Assembly (NCBI GenBank): GCA_934777505.1
Contig: CAKVNM010000001.1
Coordinates: forward strand, 28,977 to 92,976
DNA from: an uncultured Clostridia bacterium
GTDB lineage: Bacteria > Bacillota > Clostridia > Christensenellales > UBA1242
DNA: 64,000 nt
Reading direction: 5' to 3'
Shown here: positions 36,608-48,652 of the stretch, piece after piece
How the letters are laid out: each line of letters begins with the position of its first letter
Position numbering within the stretch: position 1 is the first letter of the stretch
Position numbers and translations under genes: made by a program
The notes under the pieces: model-generated
Told to the model about the DNA's origin: nothing
The model's input: the letters and a program-made list of their open reading frames with translations, nothing else
Databases searched by the model: none

Positions 36608-37873
36608 ATGTTTGTAGACAAGACTAGAATATACTTAAAAGCGGGAAATGGCGGAGATGGCTCTGTTAGTTTTTTGCGTGATAGAACAACCATGACTGGT
36701 GGCCCAGATGGCGGAAATGGTGGCAAGGGTGGAGATATTATTTTTGAAGTAGACACAGGCAGTAACAACCTTGTTGATTTTTACTTTACAAAGCATTTTA
36801 GAGCCGAAAACGGAGTTAATGGCGGACACCTTAATTGCAACGGAAAAGCGGGCAAAGATTTGATTATCAAAGTTCCACAAGGAACAGTTGTAAAAGACGC
36901 CGACAACGGCAATATTGTTGCCGATATGTTCGACAAAAATACTCGTGTTGTTGTTTTGAAAGGTGGCGAAGGTGGCAGGGGTAATGCCATGTTTGCAAAT
37001 TCTAGGCGTCAAGCCCCAGCGTTTGCCGAAACTGGCGAAAAAACAAAGGAATATGCTGTTGATTTGGAACTAAAAACTATTGCTGATGTTGGACTCATTG
37101 GCTTTCCAAGCGTTGGCAAAAGCAAAATTTTGTCTGTCTTAACAAGTGCAAAACCAAAGATTGCTGACTATCACTTTACAACCTTAACTCCAAATCTTGG
37201 AGTTGCGTCTTATCACTCGCAAAACTTTTTGATTGCAGATATTCCGGGGCTTATCGAAGGAGCAAGTGAAGGCAAAGGTCTTGGCTTTGAATTTTTGCGT
37301 CATGTTGAAAGAACTCGAATGCTTGTTCATGTGGTTGATATTGCAGGTGTTGACGGCAGGGACCCAATCGAAGACTTTAAAGTCATCAACGAAGAACTAA
37401 AAAAATATTCTTTTGAACTTTCAAAAGCGCCACAAATTGTTGTTTTAAACAAAATTGATTTGCTTGCTGGCGACAACGAAAAAATTGACGAGTTTAAAAA
37501 GACCTATGGCAAAAAATACAAGATTTTAACATTCAGTGCTGCCACTTTGGAAGGCAAGGACGAACTATTAAAAACGATTGTGGAAACGCTTTCATCAATC
37601 AAGCCACTTGAACCACTCAAAGCAGAAACATTCAGCCTTGACAAGCGTGATTTCACAAAATTTGAAATCACAAAAGAAAACAATGTTTATGTTGTTTCGG
37701 GCGACCTTATTGACGACCTTATTCGTGGAATTATCTTGGAAGAACCAGAAAGTTTGGCATATTTCCAAAAGCGTTTGGTGTGGAGTGGTGTTCACGACAA
37801 GTTGGTAAAAATGGGCGTTAAGGAAGGCGACACTGTTAGAATCGGTGCGTTTGAATTTGAATTTTTTGATTAA
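36608..37873 (+). CDS. obg: GTPase Obg/CgtA
   Basis: Gly-rich Obg fold (GNGGDGSVSF, GGNGGKGGD); G1 GFPSVGKS; DIPGLIEGA; NKID; C-terminal OCT domain. Confidence 0.95.
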   Translation: MFVDKTRIYLKAGNGGDGSVSFLRDRTTMTGGPDGGNGGKGGDIIFEVDTGSNNLVDFYFTKHFRAENGVNGGHLNCNGKAGKDLIIKVPQGTVVKDADNGNIVADMFDKNTRVVVLKGGEGGRGNAMFANSRRQAPAFAETGEKTKEYAVDLELKTIADVGLIGFPSVGKSKILSVLTSAKPKIADYHFTTLTPNLGVASYHSQNFLIADIPGLIEGASEGKGLGFEFLRHVERTRMLVHVVDIAGVDGRDPIEDFKVINEELKKYSFELSKAPQIVVLNKIDLLAGDNEKIDEFKKTYGKKYKILTFSAATLEGKDELLKTIVETLSSIKPLEPLKAETFSLDKRDFTKFEITKENNVYVVSGDLIDDLIRGIILEEPESLAYFQKRLVWSGVHDKLVKMGVKEGDTVRIGAFEFEFFD

Positions 37874-37949
37874 AATGCTATTAAAAATATTTGCAAAACA
37901 AATTTTATTTTGTTATAATTTGGCGTAAAATGAAAAGGGAGGAACTTTT

Positions 37950-38243
37950 ATGATAACTACTAAACAGCGTTCAAGTTTAAGAGCAAGAGCACATTCGCTA
38001 ACTCCCGTTGTTATAGTTGGAAAAGAAGGTGTCTCTGAGCAAGTTATAAAATCAGTCGATGATGTTTTGGAAGCAAGAGAACTTATTAAAATAAGATTGC
38101 TTAATAACTGCCCAATCTCGACAAGAGAAGTTAGTTCAATTATTTGTCAAAAACTTTCAGCAGAAGGCGTGCAATGCATTGGCTCAATCGTTGTCATTTA
38201 TCGCCGTTCTCACAAAAAAGATATTGAACATATTGAAATTTAG
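37950..38243 (+). CDS. yhbY: YhbY-like CRM-domain RNA-binding protein
   Basis: KQRSSLRARAHSLTPVVIVGKEGVSEQVI pattern. Confidence 0.85.
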   Translation: MITTKQRSSLRARAHSLTPVVIVGKEGVSEQVIKSVDDVLEARELIKIRLLNNCPISTREVSSIICQKLSAEGVQCIGSIVVIYRRSHKKDIEHIEI

Positions 38244-38262
38244 CGAAAATATTTTAAAAAAT

Positions 38263-38294
38263 GCAAATCATTTTGTGTGGTTTGCTTTTTTTTT
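38263..38294 (+). terminator. Rho-independent terminator
   Basis: gcaaatca / tgtggtttgc-type stem (8 bp, one G-U pair), 7-nt loop, 9-T run. Confidence 0.65.
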
Positions 38295-38308
38295 GATTAA
38301 AAATATTG

Positions 38309-38314
38309 TAAAAT
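38309..38314 (+). promoter_or_regulatory. -10 box placed for a leaderless lspA transcript
   Basis: TAAAAT (38309-38314), 6 nt (gtaatc), ATG 38321; no SD. Confidence 0.4.
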
Positions 38315-38320
38315 GTAATC

Positions 38321-38836
38321 ATGAAAAAATTGAAAGAGTATTTTAAACATAACTGGGTTTTTTATGTGATATTTGCAGGATTTTTACTGTTCGACCAAAT
38401 AACAAAAATCATATTTGAAGGCAAAACAATTCCGCTTATTCAAGGAGTGTTTAGTCTTACAAGCAGTCACAACGATGGCGCTGGTTTTGGCATATTATCA
38501 GGCAAAACTTGGCTACTGATTATTATCACGATTGTGTTTATGATTTTTATAGCATATTTTGCTTACAAACAAAAACGAAAAAATGCACTTTTTAGGTGGA
38601 GTATTGCACTGATTTTTGCGGGTGCATTTGGTAATTTAATTGATAGGCTAATTTTTGGCTATGTTAGGGATTTTTTGTTTTTTGAACTCATCAACTTTCC
38701 AATTTTTAATGTTGCCGATAGTTGCTTAACAATTGGGATTATTTTGCTTGTTGTGTTCTTGCTTTTTGTAGAACCAAAACTTGCACGAAAAGAGCAGGAA
38801 CAAGCGAAAGAAAAGCCAGAAGAAAAAAGTAAATAA
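38321..38836 (+). CDS. lspA: Lipoprotein signal peptidase II
   Basis: Four TM segments; conserved GNLIDR and FNVADS Asp motifs. Confidence 0.9.
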   Translation: MKKLKEYFKHNWVFYVIFAGFLLFDQITKIIFEGKTIPLIQGVFSLTSSHNDGAGFGILSGKTWLLIIITIVFMIFIAYFAYKQKRKNALFRWSIALIFAGAFGNLIDRLIFGYVRDFLFFELINFPIFNVADSCLTIGIILLVVFLLFVEPKLARKEQEQAKEKPEEKSK

Positions 38837-38871
38837 GTTATTGAGAAAAAGTATCAATAAGTGGAGAAATA

Positions 38872-39777
38872 ATGAATTATAATTACTTAGTAACATTGCA
38901 AGATGTTAACAAAAGATTAGATGTTTTTTTGGAAGAAAACTTAAAAGAGTTTTCTAGAAGTAAAATCAAAAGAGAGATAGATGCTGAGCATATTTTGGTC
39001 AATCAAAAAGTGCAAAAAGCGGGCTATAAGTTAAAACTTAACGACATTATATCTTGCACAATCGAATATGATAGAACTTTAAACGCCACACCAGAGAATA
39101 TCGCACTTGATGTGGTGTTTGAAAACGATAATTTGCTTGTTGTTAACAAGCCAAGCGGAATGGTCGTTCATCCAGCGTGTGGAAATTATAGCGGAACGCT
39201 TGTTAACGCACTCAGTTTCTACACAAAAAGTTTGAGTCATATCAACGGCGAGTTTAGACCTGGTATTGTGCATAGGCTAGACAAAGACACTTCGGGACTT
39301 TTGATTGTTGCAAAAAATGATTATGCTCACAAAATTTTGGCTGACCAAATAAAGTCAAAAGTTTGCAAAAGATATTATCTTGCATTGCTTGAAGGGAATG
39401 TAAAACAAGACAGTGGAGTAATCGAAACAAATCTTGCACGAAGCATGAAAAATAGAAAACTTTTTGAAGTATGCGACAGCACAAAGGGCAAGCACGCTTT
39501 AACGCTTTTTAAAGTTGTTGAGCGTTTTAGTGGCTACACGCTTTGCGAGTTTGAACTCAAAACTGGAAGAACTCATCAAATTAGAGTTCACGCAAAATAT
39601 TTGGGCCACCCAGTTGTGGGGGATATGCAGTACGGTTTTAAAACGCACCCAGAACTAGATGGACAACTGCTCCACGCCTATAAGATTGAGTTTTTTGAAC
39701 CAACAACAAACGAAAAGATTATTCTAGAATGTCCACTTCCACAAAAGTTTACTGACTTTATGGATAAAATAAGATAG
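38872..39777 (+). CDS. rluD: RluA-family 23S rRNA pseudouridine synthase (RluD-like)
   Basis: N-terminal S4 domain; catalytic HRLDKDTSGLL. Confidence 0.9.
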   Translation: MNYNYLVTLQDVNKRLDVFLEENLKEFSRSKIKREIDAEHILVNQKVQKAGYKLKLNDIISCTIEYDRTLNATPENIALDVVFENDNLLVVNKPSGMVVHPACGNYSGTLVNALSFYTKSLSHINGEFRPGIVHRLDKDTSGLLIVAKNDYAHKILADQIKSKVCKRYYLALLEGNVKQDSGVIETNLARSMKNRKLFEVCDSTKGKHALTLFKVVERFSGYTLCEFELKTGRTHQIRVHAKYLGHPVVGDMQYGFKTHPELDGQLLHAYKIEFFEPTTNEKIILECPLPQKFTDFMDKIR

Positions 39778-39835
39778 CAAATACATTGATAAAATTTTTT
39801 AGTTGTGTTAAAATTCTATCAATCAGGAGAAAAAC

Positions 39836-40138
39836 ATGAAAAAGGAAATTAACCAAAAACGATTTTTTAGCGCAATGGCTTTTGTTGCCATAACTTTTCT
39901 TGCAGTAGCATTGCTTGTTAGTTTGATTGCATCAAAACTTGGCAGTGACGGGCAAGATGTGTTTTCGCAAATCGCCAATGTTATAAAACAAATTGCTCAG
40001 GCACTAGCGTATATTTGTGCGTGCATATCGGCTTTTGGATTTGTTAGAAGCAAACGAAACTCAGTCTATATGATACTTTATATTATCGTGTGCATTATGA
40101 TTGCAGTGTTTGTTATTTTGCCACTATTTGGAATTTAA
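39836..40138 (+). CDS. Small membrane protein, unknown function
   Basis: 100 aa, three hydrophobic segments, SD AGGAGA. Confidence 0.55.
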   Translation: MKKEINQKRFFSAMAFVAITFLAVALLVSLIASKLGSDGQDVFSQIANVIKQIAQALAYICACISAFGFVRSKRNSVYMILYIIVCIMIAVFVILPLFGI

Positions 40139-40148
40139 GGAGTTAACT

Positions 40149-40535
40149 ATGATAAAATTTTCGGCACTCACTTGGTGCGTAATATCTGCATTTTTGCTTT
40201 CGTTTGTGGCAGTAATGCTTAGTAGCGTAACACCCGTAATGGTCTATGTTGCGTTGTCACTTCTTTTGATATCTTTTGTTTTGCTAACTGTCAAACTATA
40301 TCTTGATATTTCAAAAAAGAGCAAGGAAGACGAAAGAATAAAAGAAGAACTTTTGATGGAACTTTCGGTCACCGAAGACGGTGAAGAATATGTTATGAAA
40401 AACAGCCCAACATCAAAAAAATATCGTAAAATGCTACGAAGAGAACATTTTAACCGCTTTATGCCTGTTATTTTCAGCGGGTTTGTTGCTCTTTGCATGG
40501 CGTTTTTGCTAATCAAAGTGATATTTAGATTTTAA
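40149..40535 (+). CDS. Membrane protein, unknown function
   Basis: Start moved to ATG 40149 (SD AAGGAG at 40137); two N-terminal TM segments, a charged middle and a C-terminal TM. Confidence 0.55.
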   Translation: MIKFSALTWCVISAFLLSFVAVMLSSVTPVMVYVALSLLLISFVLLTVKLYLDISKKSKEDERIKEELLMELSVTEDGEEYVMKNSPTSKKYRKMLRREHFNRFMPVIFSGFVALCMAFLLIKVIFRF

Positions 40536-40643
40536 AAACTACAAATTTTGCAACTAATGTTGTCATTAATTGGTTGCAAATTTTTTTATTTATGATATAA
40601 TAATCAAGTTTAAAGTCACACCTAGGTGATAAAAGGAGATAAA

Positions 40644-41921
40644 ATGGAATATACAAAAGAACTACTCAAAAACAAACAAATAAAGTTTAATATTAGTTTG
40701 TCACATGACGAATGGGAACATGAACTTGACCATGTTTATGAACACCAAAAATCAAGATTTAATGTTGAAGGTTTTAGAAAGGGTAAAGCACCCAGAAAAG
40801 TTATCGAAAAACAATATGGCGAAAGCATTTTCTTTAATGACGCTTTAAACGAAGCATTCTATCATTACTTTAACGAAATTTTGGACAAGGAAGCCGATAT
40901 CGAAATGGTTGGAAGTCCAAAACTTGATGTTAAAAAACTTGACAACAGTGGCGTAACACTAGAAGTTACTATTGATGTTAAGCCAGAAGTAAAACTTGGC
41001 GACTACAAGGGTCTAAAAGTTGAAATGTCAAAGCCAAAAGTTACTGCAAAAGAAGTTGACGCAGAAATCGAAAAAATGGCAGAAAAGTCAGCAAGATTTG
41101 TTAAGGTAGACAGAGAAGTAAAACTTGGCGACATTGCTGTAATCGACTTTACAGGCTACCACAATGGCAAGGCTTTTGATGGCGGTCATGCAGAAAACTT
41201 TGAACTAGAAATTGGTTCTCACAGATTTATCGAAGGCTTTGAAGACCAAATCGTTGGCATGAAAGCAGGCGAAGAAAAGGACATCAATGTTACTTTCCCA
41301 GCAGACTATCCAGTTGAAGAATTAAAGAGTGCACCAGCAGTTTTCAAAATTGTTTTGCACGAAGTTAGAGAAAAACAACTTCCAAAAATTGATGACGAAT
41401 TTGCTCAAAATGTTAGCGAATACGACACTCTCGAAGAATACAAAAAGAGCGTTAAAGAAGATTTGCTAAAACAAAAACAAACACAAGCAGAATTTGACTA
41501 CGAAGAAAAATTGATTGAAGAAGTAGTTAAAAATGCAGAAGTAGAAATCCCACAAAGCATGGTTGAAGAACAAGCGGAAGAATTTATCCATGATTTTGAA
41601 CACAGACTTGCTCATCAAGGTTTAAAACTTGACGATTATGTTAAATATATGGGTACAACAGTCGAAGACCTTAAAAACAGCAGACTTGACGATGCAAAGA
41701 AAACTTGCAAAACAAGACTAACTATGGACGCTATTATCAAGGCAGAAAACTTGAAAGTTGAAGATAGTGATGTTGAAAAGGCAATCGAAAAACAAGCACT
41801 AAAAATGGGCACAACCGTTGAAGAAATCAAGTCAAAACTTGATAATCACGCACTTGCTCACATTGCAAACGATATCATCGTTGAAAAACTTTTGACATTC
41901 TTAAAAGAAAACAACAAGTAA
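40644..41921 (+). CDS. tig: Trigger factor
   Basis: Ribosome-binding GFRKGKAPRKVIE motif, central FKBP-type domain, C-terminal arm; SD AAGGAGA before ATG 40644. Confidence 0.95.
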   Translation: MEYTKELLKNKQIKFNISLSHDEWEHELDHVYEHQKSRFNVEGFRKGKAPRKVIEKQYGESIFFNDALNEAFYHYFNEILDKEADIEMVGSPKLDVKKLDNSGVTLEVTIDVKPEVKLGDYKGLKVEMSKPKVTAKEVDAEIEKMAEKSARFVKVDREVKLGDIAVIDFTGYHNGKAFDGGHAENFELEIGSHRFIEGFEDQIVGMKAGEEKDINVTFPADYPVEELKSAPAVFKIVLHEVREKQLPKIDDEFAQNVSEYDTLEEYKKSVKEDLLKQKQTQAEFDYEEKLIEEVVKNAEVEIPQSMVEEQAEEFIHDFEHRLAHQGLKLDDYVKYMGTTVEDLKNSRLDDAKKTCKTRLTMDAIIKAENLKVEDSDVEKAIEKQALKMGTTVEEIKSKLDNHALAHIANDIIVEKLLTFLKENNK

Positions 41922-41989
41922 TTTAAAAAACTCCAAAGATAAATTTAAAAAGCACCAAAGATTTTTAAGTTTATTAAAGGAGTTTTTTT

Positions 41990-42571
41990 ATGCTTATACC
42001 TTATGTAGTAGATTCCACCATGTGTGGCGAAAGAAGTTACGATATCTATTCAAGATTGCTTGAAGATAGGATTATTTTTTTAACAGGCGAAGTAACAACC
42101 GAACTTGCCAACACTATTATTGCTCAAATGCTGTTTTTGGAAGGCAAGGATTCTAGTAAAGACATTTCGCTCTATATCAACTCACCGGGTGGGGTTGTTG
42201 ATGCAGGGCTAGCAATTTTGGACACAATGAATTACATCAAGTGCGATGTTTCCACAATTTGTGTTGGTATGGCGGCGTCTATGAGTGCGGTGCTTCTTAG
42301 TGCAGGAACAAAAGGAAAACGCTACTGCTTGCCACATTCAAGAATTATGATTCATCAGCCACTTGGAGGAGTTCAAGGACAGGCAATCGATATTAAAATT
42401 CAAGCCGAGCAAATTTTAAAAATGAAAGACAGTCTTAACAAAATACTATCTAATGCAACAGGAAAAAGCGAGAAACAAATTGAGCAAGACACAAACCGAG
42501 ATTACTATTTAACGAGCGATGAAGCCTTGGCGTATGGAATAGTCGACAAGGTTTTAACAAAGAGAGTTTAA
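41990..42571 (+). CDS. clpP: ATP-dependent Clp protease proteolytic subunit
   Basis: Ser motif [10 protein letters not shown]; His motif [10 protein letters not shown]. Confidence 0.96.
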   Translation: MLIPYVVDSTMCGERSYDIYSRLLEDRIIFLTGEVTTELANTIIAQMLFLEGKDSSKDISLYINSPGGVVDAGLAILDTMNYIKCDVSTICVGMAASMSAVLLSAGTKGKRYCLPHSRIMIHQPLGGVQGQAIDIKIQAEQILKMKDSLNKILSNATGKSEKQIEQDTNRDYYLTSDEALAYGIVDKVLTKRV

Positions 42572-42581
42572 GGAGCAATAT

Positions 42582-43862
42582 ATGAACAAAATATCAAACA
42601 TGATTTGCTCGTTTTGTGGAAAAGAACAAAATCAAGCATTAAAATTTATCGCAAGTCCCAACGGCTCGTGCTTTATTTGTGACGAGTGCGTACAAATTTG
42701 TTCGAGCATTTTAAAGGAAAGTTCAAAAACCGAACTTGGATTAAAACTCATCAAGCCCGAAGAAATCAAAAAGCATCTCGACAACTATATTATCGGTCAG
42801 GACGAAGCCAAAAAAGTGCTTAGTGTTGCGGTGTATAATCACTACAAAAGGCTGAGATATAACGAAAGCACTTCTAAAACCGACAAGGTGGAACTTGATA
42901 AAAGCAATGTTTTGCTTATTGGTCCAACGGGTAGCGGAAAGACACTCCTTGCCAAAACACTCGCAAAAATTTTAAATGTGCCATTTGCTCACGCTGATGC
43001 AACAACTTTGACCGAAGCAGGCTATGTTGGCGAAGATGTTGAAAGCATTTTGACAAAACTAATTCAAAGTGCGGGCGGAGATATCAAGAAAGCCGAAAAA
43101 GGCATTGTGTATATTGACGAAATCGACAAAATTGCCAAGCGAGCCGAAAACAAATTGCTTCCAAAAGACCCTTCGGGCGAAGGTGTGCAACAAGGACTAC
43201 TAAAAATTATCGAAGGCACGATTGCAAGTGTTCCAGAAAAGACTAGCCGAAAGACTCCTTTTCAAGAAACTGCTAGCATAGACACGAGTAATATTTTGTT
43301 TATTTGTGGCGGAGCGTTTGTTGGACTAGAAAATATCATAAAGGACAAAAAACTGAAAAAATCACTTGGCTTTAATAACAATATTGAGCAAGAAAACCAG
43401 CAAATTTCTAGTGACGAAATCGAACCGCAAGACTTAATCAAGTTTGGACTAATTCCAGAATTTGTTGGCAGATTGCCAATAGTTGTTAGCCTGCAAAAAC
43501 TTGACGAAACCGCTCTTGTAAAAATCCTTACTGAGCCAAAAAATTCACTCGTAAATCAATACAAAACAATGTTCCAAATTGACGGAATAGACTTTGAAGT
43601 AAAAGAGCAAGCCCTAAAACAGATTGCCCTAAAAGCCATAAAACTAGAAAGCGGAGCAAGGGGACTAAGAAGCATTTTTGAAAAAACAATCATGAACAGT
43701 ATGTACTATTTGCCAAGCGATAGTAGCATTAAAAAACTAGTGCTTGATGTTGACGAAAACAACTGCGTTAAGGTGCTAAAATTTGACGAGAAAAGCCTTA
43801 GTAAAAATCAAAACATTGCCCTAAAAGGCAAAGATTCGTCCGTTAACTATGTTCAAGTTTGA
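42582..43862 (+). CDS. clpX: ATP-dependent Clp protease ATP-binding subunit ClpX
   Basis: Zinc finger CSFCGK...CFICDEC; Walker [12 protein letters not shown]; ClpP-docking loop LGF present. Confidence 0.96.
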   Translation: MNKISNMICSFCGKEQNQALKFIASPNGSCFICDECVQICSSILKESSKTELGLKLIKPEEIKKHLDNYIIGQDEAKKVLSVAVYNHYKRLRYNESTSKTDKVELDKSNVLLIGPTGSGKTLLAKTLAKILNVPFAHADATTLTEAGYVGEDVESILTKLIQSAGGDIKKAEKGIVYIDEIDKIAKRAENKLLPKDPSGEGVQQGLLKIIEGTIASVPEKTSRKTPFQETASIDTSNILFICGGAFVGLENIIKDKKLKKSLGFNNNIEQENQQISSDEIEPQDLIKFGLIPEFVGRLPIVVSLQKLDETALVKILTEPKNSLVNQYKTMFQIDGIDFEVKEQALKQIALKAIKLESGARGLRSIFEKTIMNSMYYLPSDSSIKKLVLDVDENNCVKVLKFDEKSLSKNQNIALKGKDSSVNYVQV

Positions 43863-43923
43863 TTTTTAATTTAATCAAAAACAAAGTGGCAAAAAAGCAA
43901 AAATTTTTTGCCATATTTATTGC

Positions 43924-43952
43924 TTGCCAACTTTTGGAAAATCTACTATAAT
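43924..43952 (+). promoter_or_regulatory. Sigma-A type promoter of lon
   Basis: TTGCCA (43924-43929), 17-nt spacer, TATAAT (43947-43952). Confidence 0.6.
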
Positions 43953-43987
43953 GTGTGTATTATTTTAAATTTGGAGAAACTATATTT

Positions 43988-46288
43988 ATGGCAGTAAAAC
44001 AATACAAAGCAATTTCAATCATGGGAGTAGTGAGTTTTCCAAAAATGCCTATTGCGTGCGAAGTTAGAAGACAAGCCAGCAAAGAAGCTGTTTTGGAAGC
44101 ATCAAGAAACAAAGAAGAAATTATTTTGGTTACTCAAATCACAAACACAATCGGTGACGATTTTTTGGCTTGCGTAAACCATATTGGAACTGTTTGTACA
44201 ATCCAAAAAGTTACAACAACAAATAGTAGCGTAAAATTGGTTGCGGACGGAGTAAAAAGAGTTAGGATTGTGGGAGTTAACAAGGATTCTCAGTTTTTGA
44301 CTGTTGAAGCCGAAGATGTTGAACCTATCGTTTACAACTCGCCAGAAGAACACTTGCTTTTTGAGTCTGTAAAAAATGCAGTAATTGATTTTAGTGCAAG
44401 CAATTTTTCAATCAAGCCAGAAGTGATTAATATCTTGAATAACACAGACGATATCAATACTTTTGTTGATTATTCTGCAATAATTTTACTAAAAGACGAA
44501 AACAAACAACTTGCTTTATTAAACGACTTCGACACAATGAGTAGACTAACAAAACTCAGTGCTTATGTTAACGAAGAAGTAGAAATCATAAAACTCAACA
44601 AAAAACTCAGCGAAAAAGTAAAACAAAATATGGATAAAAACCAAAAAGAGTTTTATCTTCGTGAGCAAATGAGAGCAATCAGCGAAGAACTTGGCGAAGG
44701 CACAAGTATGTTTGACGACTATGAAAAACGAATCAACGCCCTAACACTTTTACCAGAAACCAAAGAGAAAGTTATGAAGGAACTTGCTAGACTTAGAAAA
44801 CTTCCTAGTGCTTCGCCAGATTTTTCAATTCTTCAAAACTACATAGAAACCTTCCTTGACTTGCCATGGGGAAAATATACCCAAGACAACAAGGATTTGA
44901 AAAAAGCAAGAGAAATTTTGGATAGTGACCATTCGGGACTAGAAAAAGTTAAGGACAGAATTGTTGAAAACCTTGCAGTTATGCAGTTAACTGGGAAAAT
45001 CAGCGGGCAAATTATCTGCTTTGTTGGACCACCGGGAGTTGGAAAAACAAGTATTGTAAAGAGCATTGCAAGAGCGTTAAATCGTAATTTTGTTAAAATG
45101 AGCGTTGGCGGAGTTAAGGACGAAAGCGAAATTCGTGGTCACAGAAAGACCTATGTTGGAGCAATGCCGGGCAGAATAATCTACAATATGATTATGGCAA
45201 AGAGCATGAATCCAGTTTTCTTGATTGACGAAATCGACAAAATGGCAAGCGACTATCGTGGCGACCCAACAAGTGCGTTGCTCGAAGTTTTAGACCCAGA
45301 ACAAAACACAATTTTCAGGGACCATTTCCTAGAAGTTCCTTTTGATTTGAGCAATGTTTTGTTTATTGCAACCGCTAACAATATTGGCGATATTCCAGCA
45401 CCATTACTTGATAGAATGGAAGTTATCGAATTGTCGTCATATACAACTAGCGAAAAGTTTAGAATTGCAAAAGAACACTTAATTCCAAAAGAAATTCAAA
45501 AAAATGGACTAAAACCAGAACAAATTTGCATTACAGACGAAGCCTTGAATGACATTATCGAGCAGTATACTTTTGAAGCAGGCGTTAGAAATTTGGAACG
45601 ACAAATCGGCACAATCATGAGAAAAGTGGCTGTAAAGATTATTACCGAAAACGATAGTAGCAAGTGCTACAAAGTTTTGCCAGAAAACTTGCAAGAATAT
45701 TTGGGCGCTCACAAAATTATTCGTGACGAAAAACGCCCATTTGCAGAAGTTGGTGTTGTTAGCGGACTATCATATTCGACTGTTGGCGGTGGAGTACTTT
45801 CTATAGAAGTTAACAAGGTTCTTGGGGACGGTAAGGTGGTTCTAACAGGACGACTTGGCGATGTTATGCAAGAAAGTGCAAGAGCAGCGCTATCTGCTGT
45901 TATTGGAATTGCGGAAAAATACAATATCGACCCACAATTATTTAGAAAGAGCGATATTCACATTCATGTGCCAGAAGGTGCAGTAAAAAAAGATGGACCA
46001 AGTGCTGGTTCTGCTTTGGCAACAGCAATTTTTAGTGCGTTCTCAGGCAAAAAAGTCGACAATAATCTTGCCATGACTGGCGAAATTACTATTCGTGGAA
46101 ATATTTTGGCTATCGGCGGACTAAAAGAAAAATTGTTCGCTTGCGTTAGAGCAGGAATAACAAAAGTCCTTGTTCCATCGCAAAACAAAGAAGATGTTTT
46201 GGATTTGCCAAAAGAAATCACAGACAATTTGAATATTGTGTATGTTGACACTTTGGAACAAGTGCTAGCAAATGCAATTATTGATTAA
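43988..46288 (+). CDS. lon: Lon protease (LonA)
   Basis: LON N-domain; Walker A GPPGVGKTS; protease Ser motif KDGPSAG; SD GGAGA favours ATG 43988. Confidence 0.95.
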   Translation: MAVKQYKAISIMGVVSFPKMPIACEVRRQASKEAVLEASRNKEEIILVTQITNTIGDDFLACVNHIGTVCTIQKVTTTNSSVKLVADGVKRVRIVGVNKDSQFLTVEAEDVEPIVYNSPEEHLLFESVKNAVIDFSASNFSIKPEVINILNNTDDINTFVDYSAIILLKDENKQLALLNDFDTMSRLTKLSAYVNEEVEIIKLNKKLSEKVKQNMDKNQKEFYLREQMRAISEELGEGTSMFDDYEKRINALTLLPETKEKVMKELARLRKLPSASPDFSILQNYIETFLDLPWGKYTQDNKDLKKAREILDSDHSGLEKVKDRIVENLAVMQLTGKISGQIICFVGPPGVGKTSIVKSIARALNRNFVKMSVGGVKDESEIRGHRKTYVGAMPGRIIYNMIMAKSMNPVFLIDEIDKMASDYRGDPTSALLEVLDPEQNTIFRDHFLEVPFDLSNVLFIATANNIGDIPAPLLDRMEVIELSSYTTSEKFRIAKEHLIPKEIQKNGLKPEQICITDEALNDIIEQYTFEAGVRNLERQIGTIMRKVAVKIITENDSSKCYKVLPENLQEYLGAHKIIRDEKRPFAEVGVVSGLSYSTVGGGVLSIEVNKVLGDGKVVLTGRLGDVMQESARAALSAVIGIAEKYNIDPQLFRKSDIHIHVPEGAVKKDGPSAGSALATAIFSAFSGKKVDNNLAMTGEITIRGNILAIGGLKEKLFACVRAGITKVLVPSQNKEDVLDLPKEITDNLNIVYVDTLEQVLANAIID

Positions 46289-46301
46289 CAAAGGAAAAAA
46301 T

Positions 46302-47336
46302 ATGGACATTTATTCAAGAAAAACTTATTATTACGACTTGCCAGAAGAATTAATCGCACAAACTCCTGTTGAGCCAAGAGACCACAGCAGAATGTTGGTG
46401 TATGACAGACAGAACGACACAATCAATCACAAACATTTTTATGATGTTATTGATTATCTAAACAAGGGCGATATTTTGGTTGTTAACAATACAAAAGTTT
46501 TGCCTGCAAGACTATATGGAACAAAAGTTTCGACTGGTGCAAAAGCAGAAGTGTTTTTGTTAAAAAAACAGTCGCTTGATGTTTGGGAAGTGCTTTTAAA
46601 GCCACAAAAACGACTAAAAGAAGGCACAATCATTGAATTTTCAAAAGATTTTTCGTGCGAAGTTGTAAAAAACTTTGACCACGGTAATGCAGTTGTAAAG
46701 TTTTCGCATAACGGAACTTTTGAAGAAAACTTGCTAAAAGTTGGAACTATGCCACTTCCGCACTATATTCACGAAAAACTAAAAGACAGCAATAGATATC
46801 AAACAGTTTATGCAAAAACAGAAGGCAGTAGTGCAGCGCCAACTGCTGGACTACATTTTACGCCAGAACTACTTGAAAAAATCAAGCAAAAGGGAATAGA
46901 AGTGTGCGAAGTTTTGCTTCATGTTGGACTTGGAACTTTTAGGCCAGTTAGTGAAGATAATATTTTAAAACACGATATGCATACTGAGTATTATGAAATA
47001 ACTCAGGAAGTTGCAGACAAAATCAACAATGCAAAAAAACAAGGTCACAAAGTTATTGCCGTTGGCACAACAAGCGTTAGAACGCTTGAAAGTGTTGCGT
47101 CAAAGTTTGACGGCGAATTAAAGGCAGACAAGGGCGAAACAAATATTTTTATCTACCCCGGCTATAAGTGGAAAATTGTTGACCACCTAATCACAAATTT
47201 TCATCTTCCAGAAAGCACTTTGATTATGCTTGTTAGCAGTTTTTGTGGAATTGAAAACACTCTAAAATTCTATAACGAAGCCGTAAAGGAAAAATATAGA
47301 TTTTACTCCTTTGGGGACGCTTGTTTGATTTTATAA
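46302..47336 (+). CDS. queA: S-adenosylmethionine:tRNA ribosyltransferase-isomerase
   Basis: YDLPEELIAQTPVEPRDHSRMLV N-terminus and GTTSVRTLES. Confidence 0.95.
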   Translation: MDIYSRKTYYYDLPEELIAQTPVEPRDHSRMLVYDRQNDTINHKHFYDVIDYLNKGDILVVNNTKVLPARLYGTKVSTGAKAEVFLLKKQSLDVWEVLLKPQKRLKEGTIIEFSKDFSCEVVKNFDHGNAVVKFSHNGTFEENLLKVGTMPLPHYIHEKLKDSNRYQTVYAKTEGSSAAPTAGLHFTPELLEKIKQKGIEVCEVLLHVGLGTFRPVSEDNILKHDMHTEYYEITQEVADKINNAKKQGHKVIAVGTTSVRTLESVASKFDGELKADKGETNIFIYPGYKWKIVDHLITNFHLPESTLIMLVSSFCGIENTLKFYNEAVKEKYRFYSFGDACLIL

Positions 47337-47360
47337 CCTAAGTTTTGCTTAGGTTTTTTT
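47335..47360 (+). terminator. Rho-independent terminator
   Basis: aacctaag / cttaggtt stem, 5-nt loop, 7-T run. Confidence 0.75.
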
Positions 47361-47409
47361 AAAATTCCCTTGTTAAAATTTTTAAAATATGTTAATCTCT
47401 ATTAGATAA

Positions 47410-48558
<1,149 letters not shown>

Positions 48559-48652
48559 TTTGTCGAAACTTTAACTTTATTTAAAACAAGCGGTTAAAAA
48601 TTGTTGCAAAAATATTCGCATTAATGATAAAATTAACCCAAGGAGAAAAATT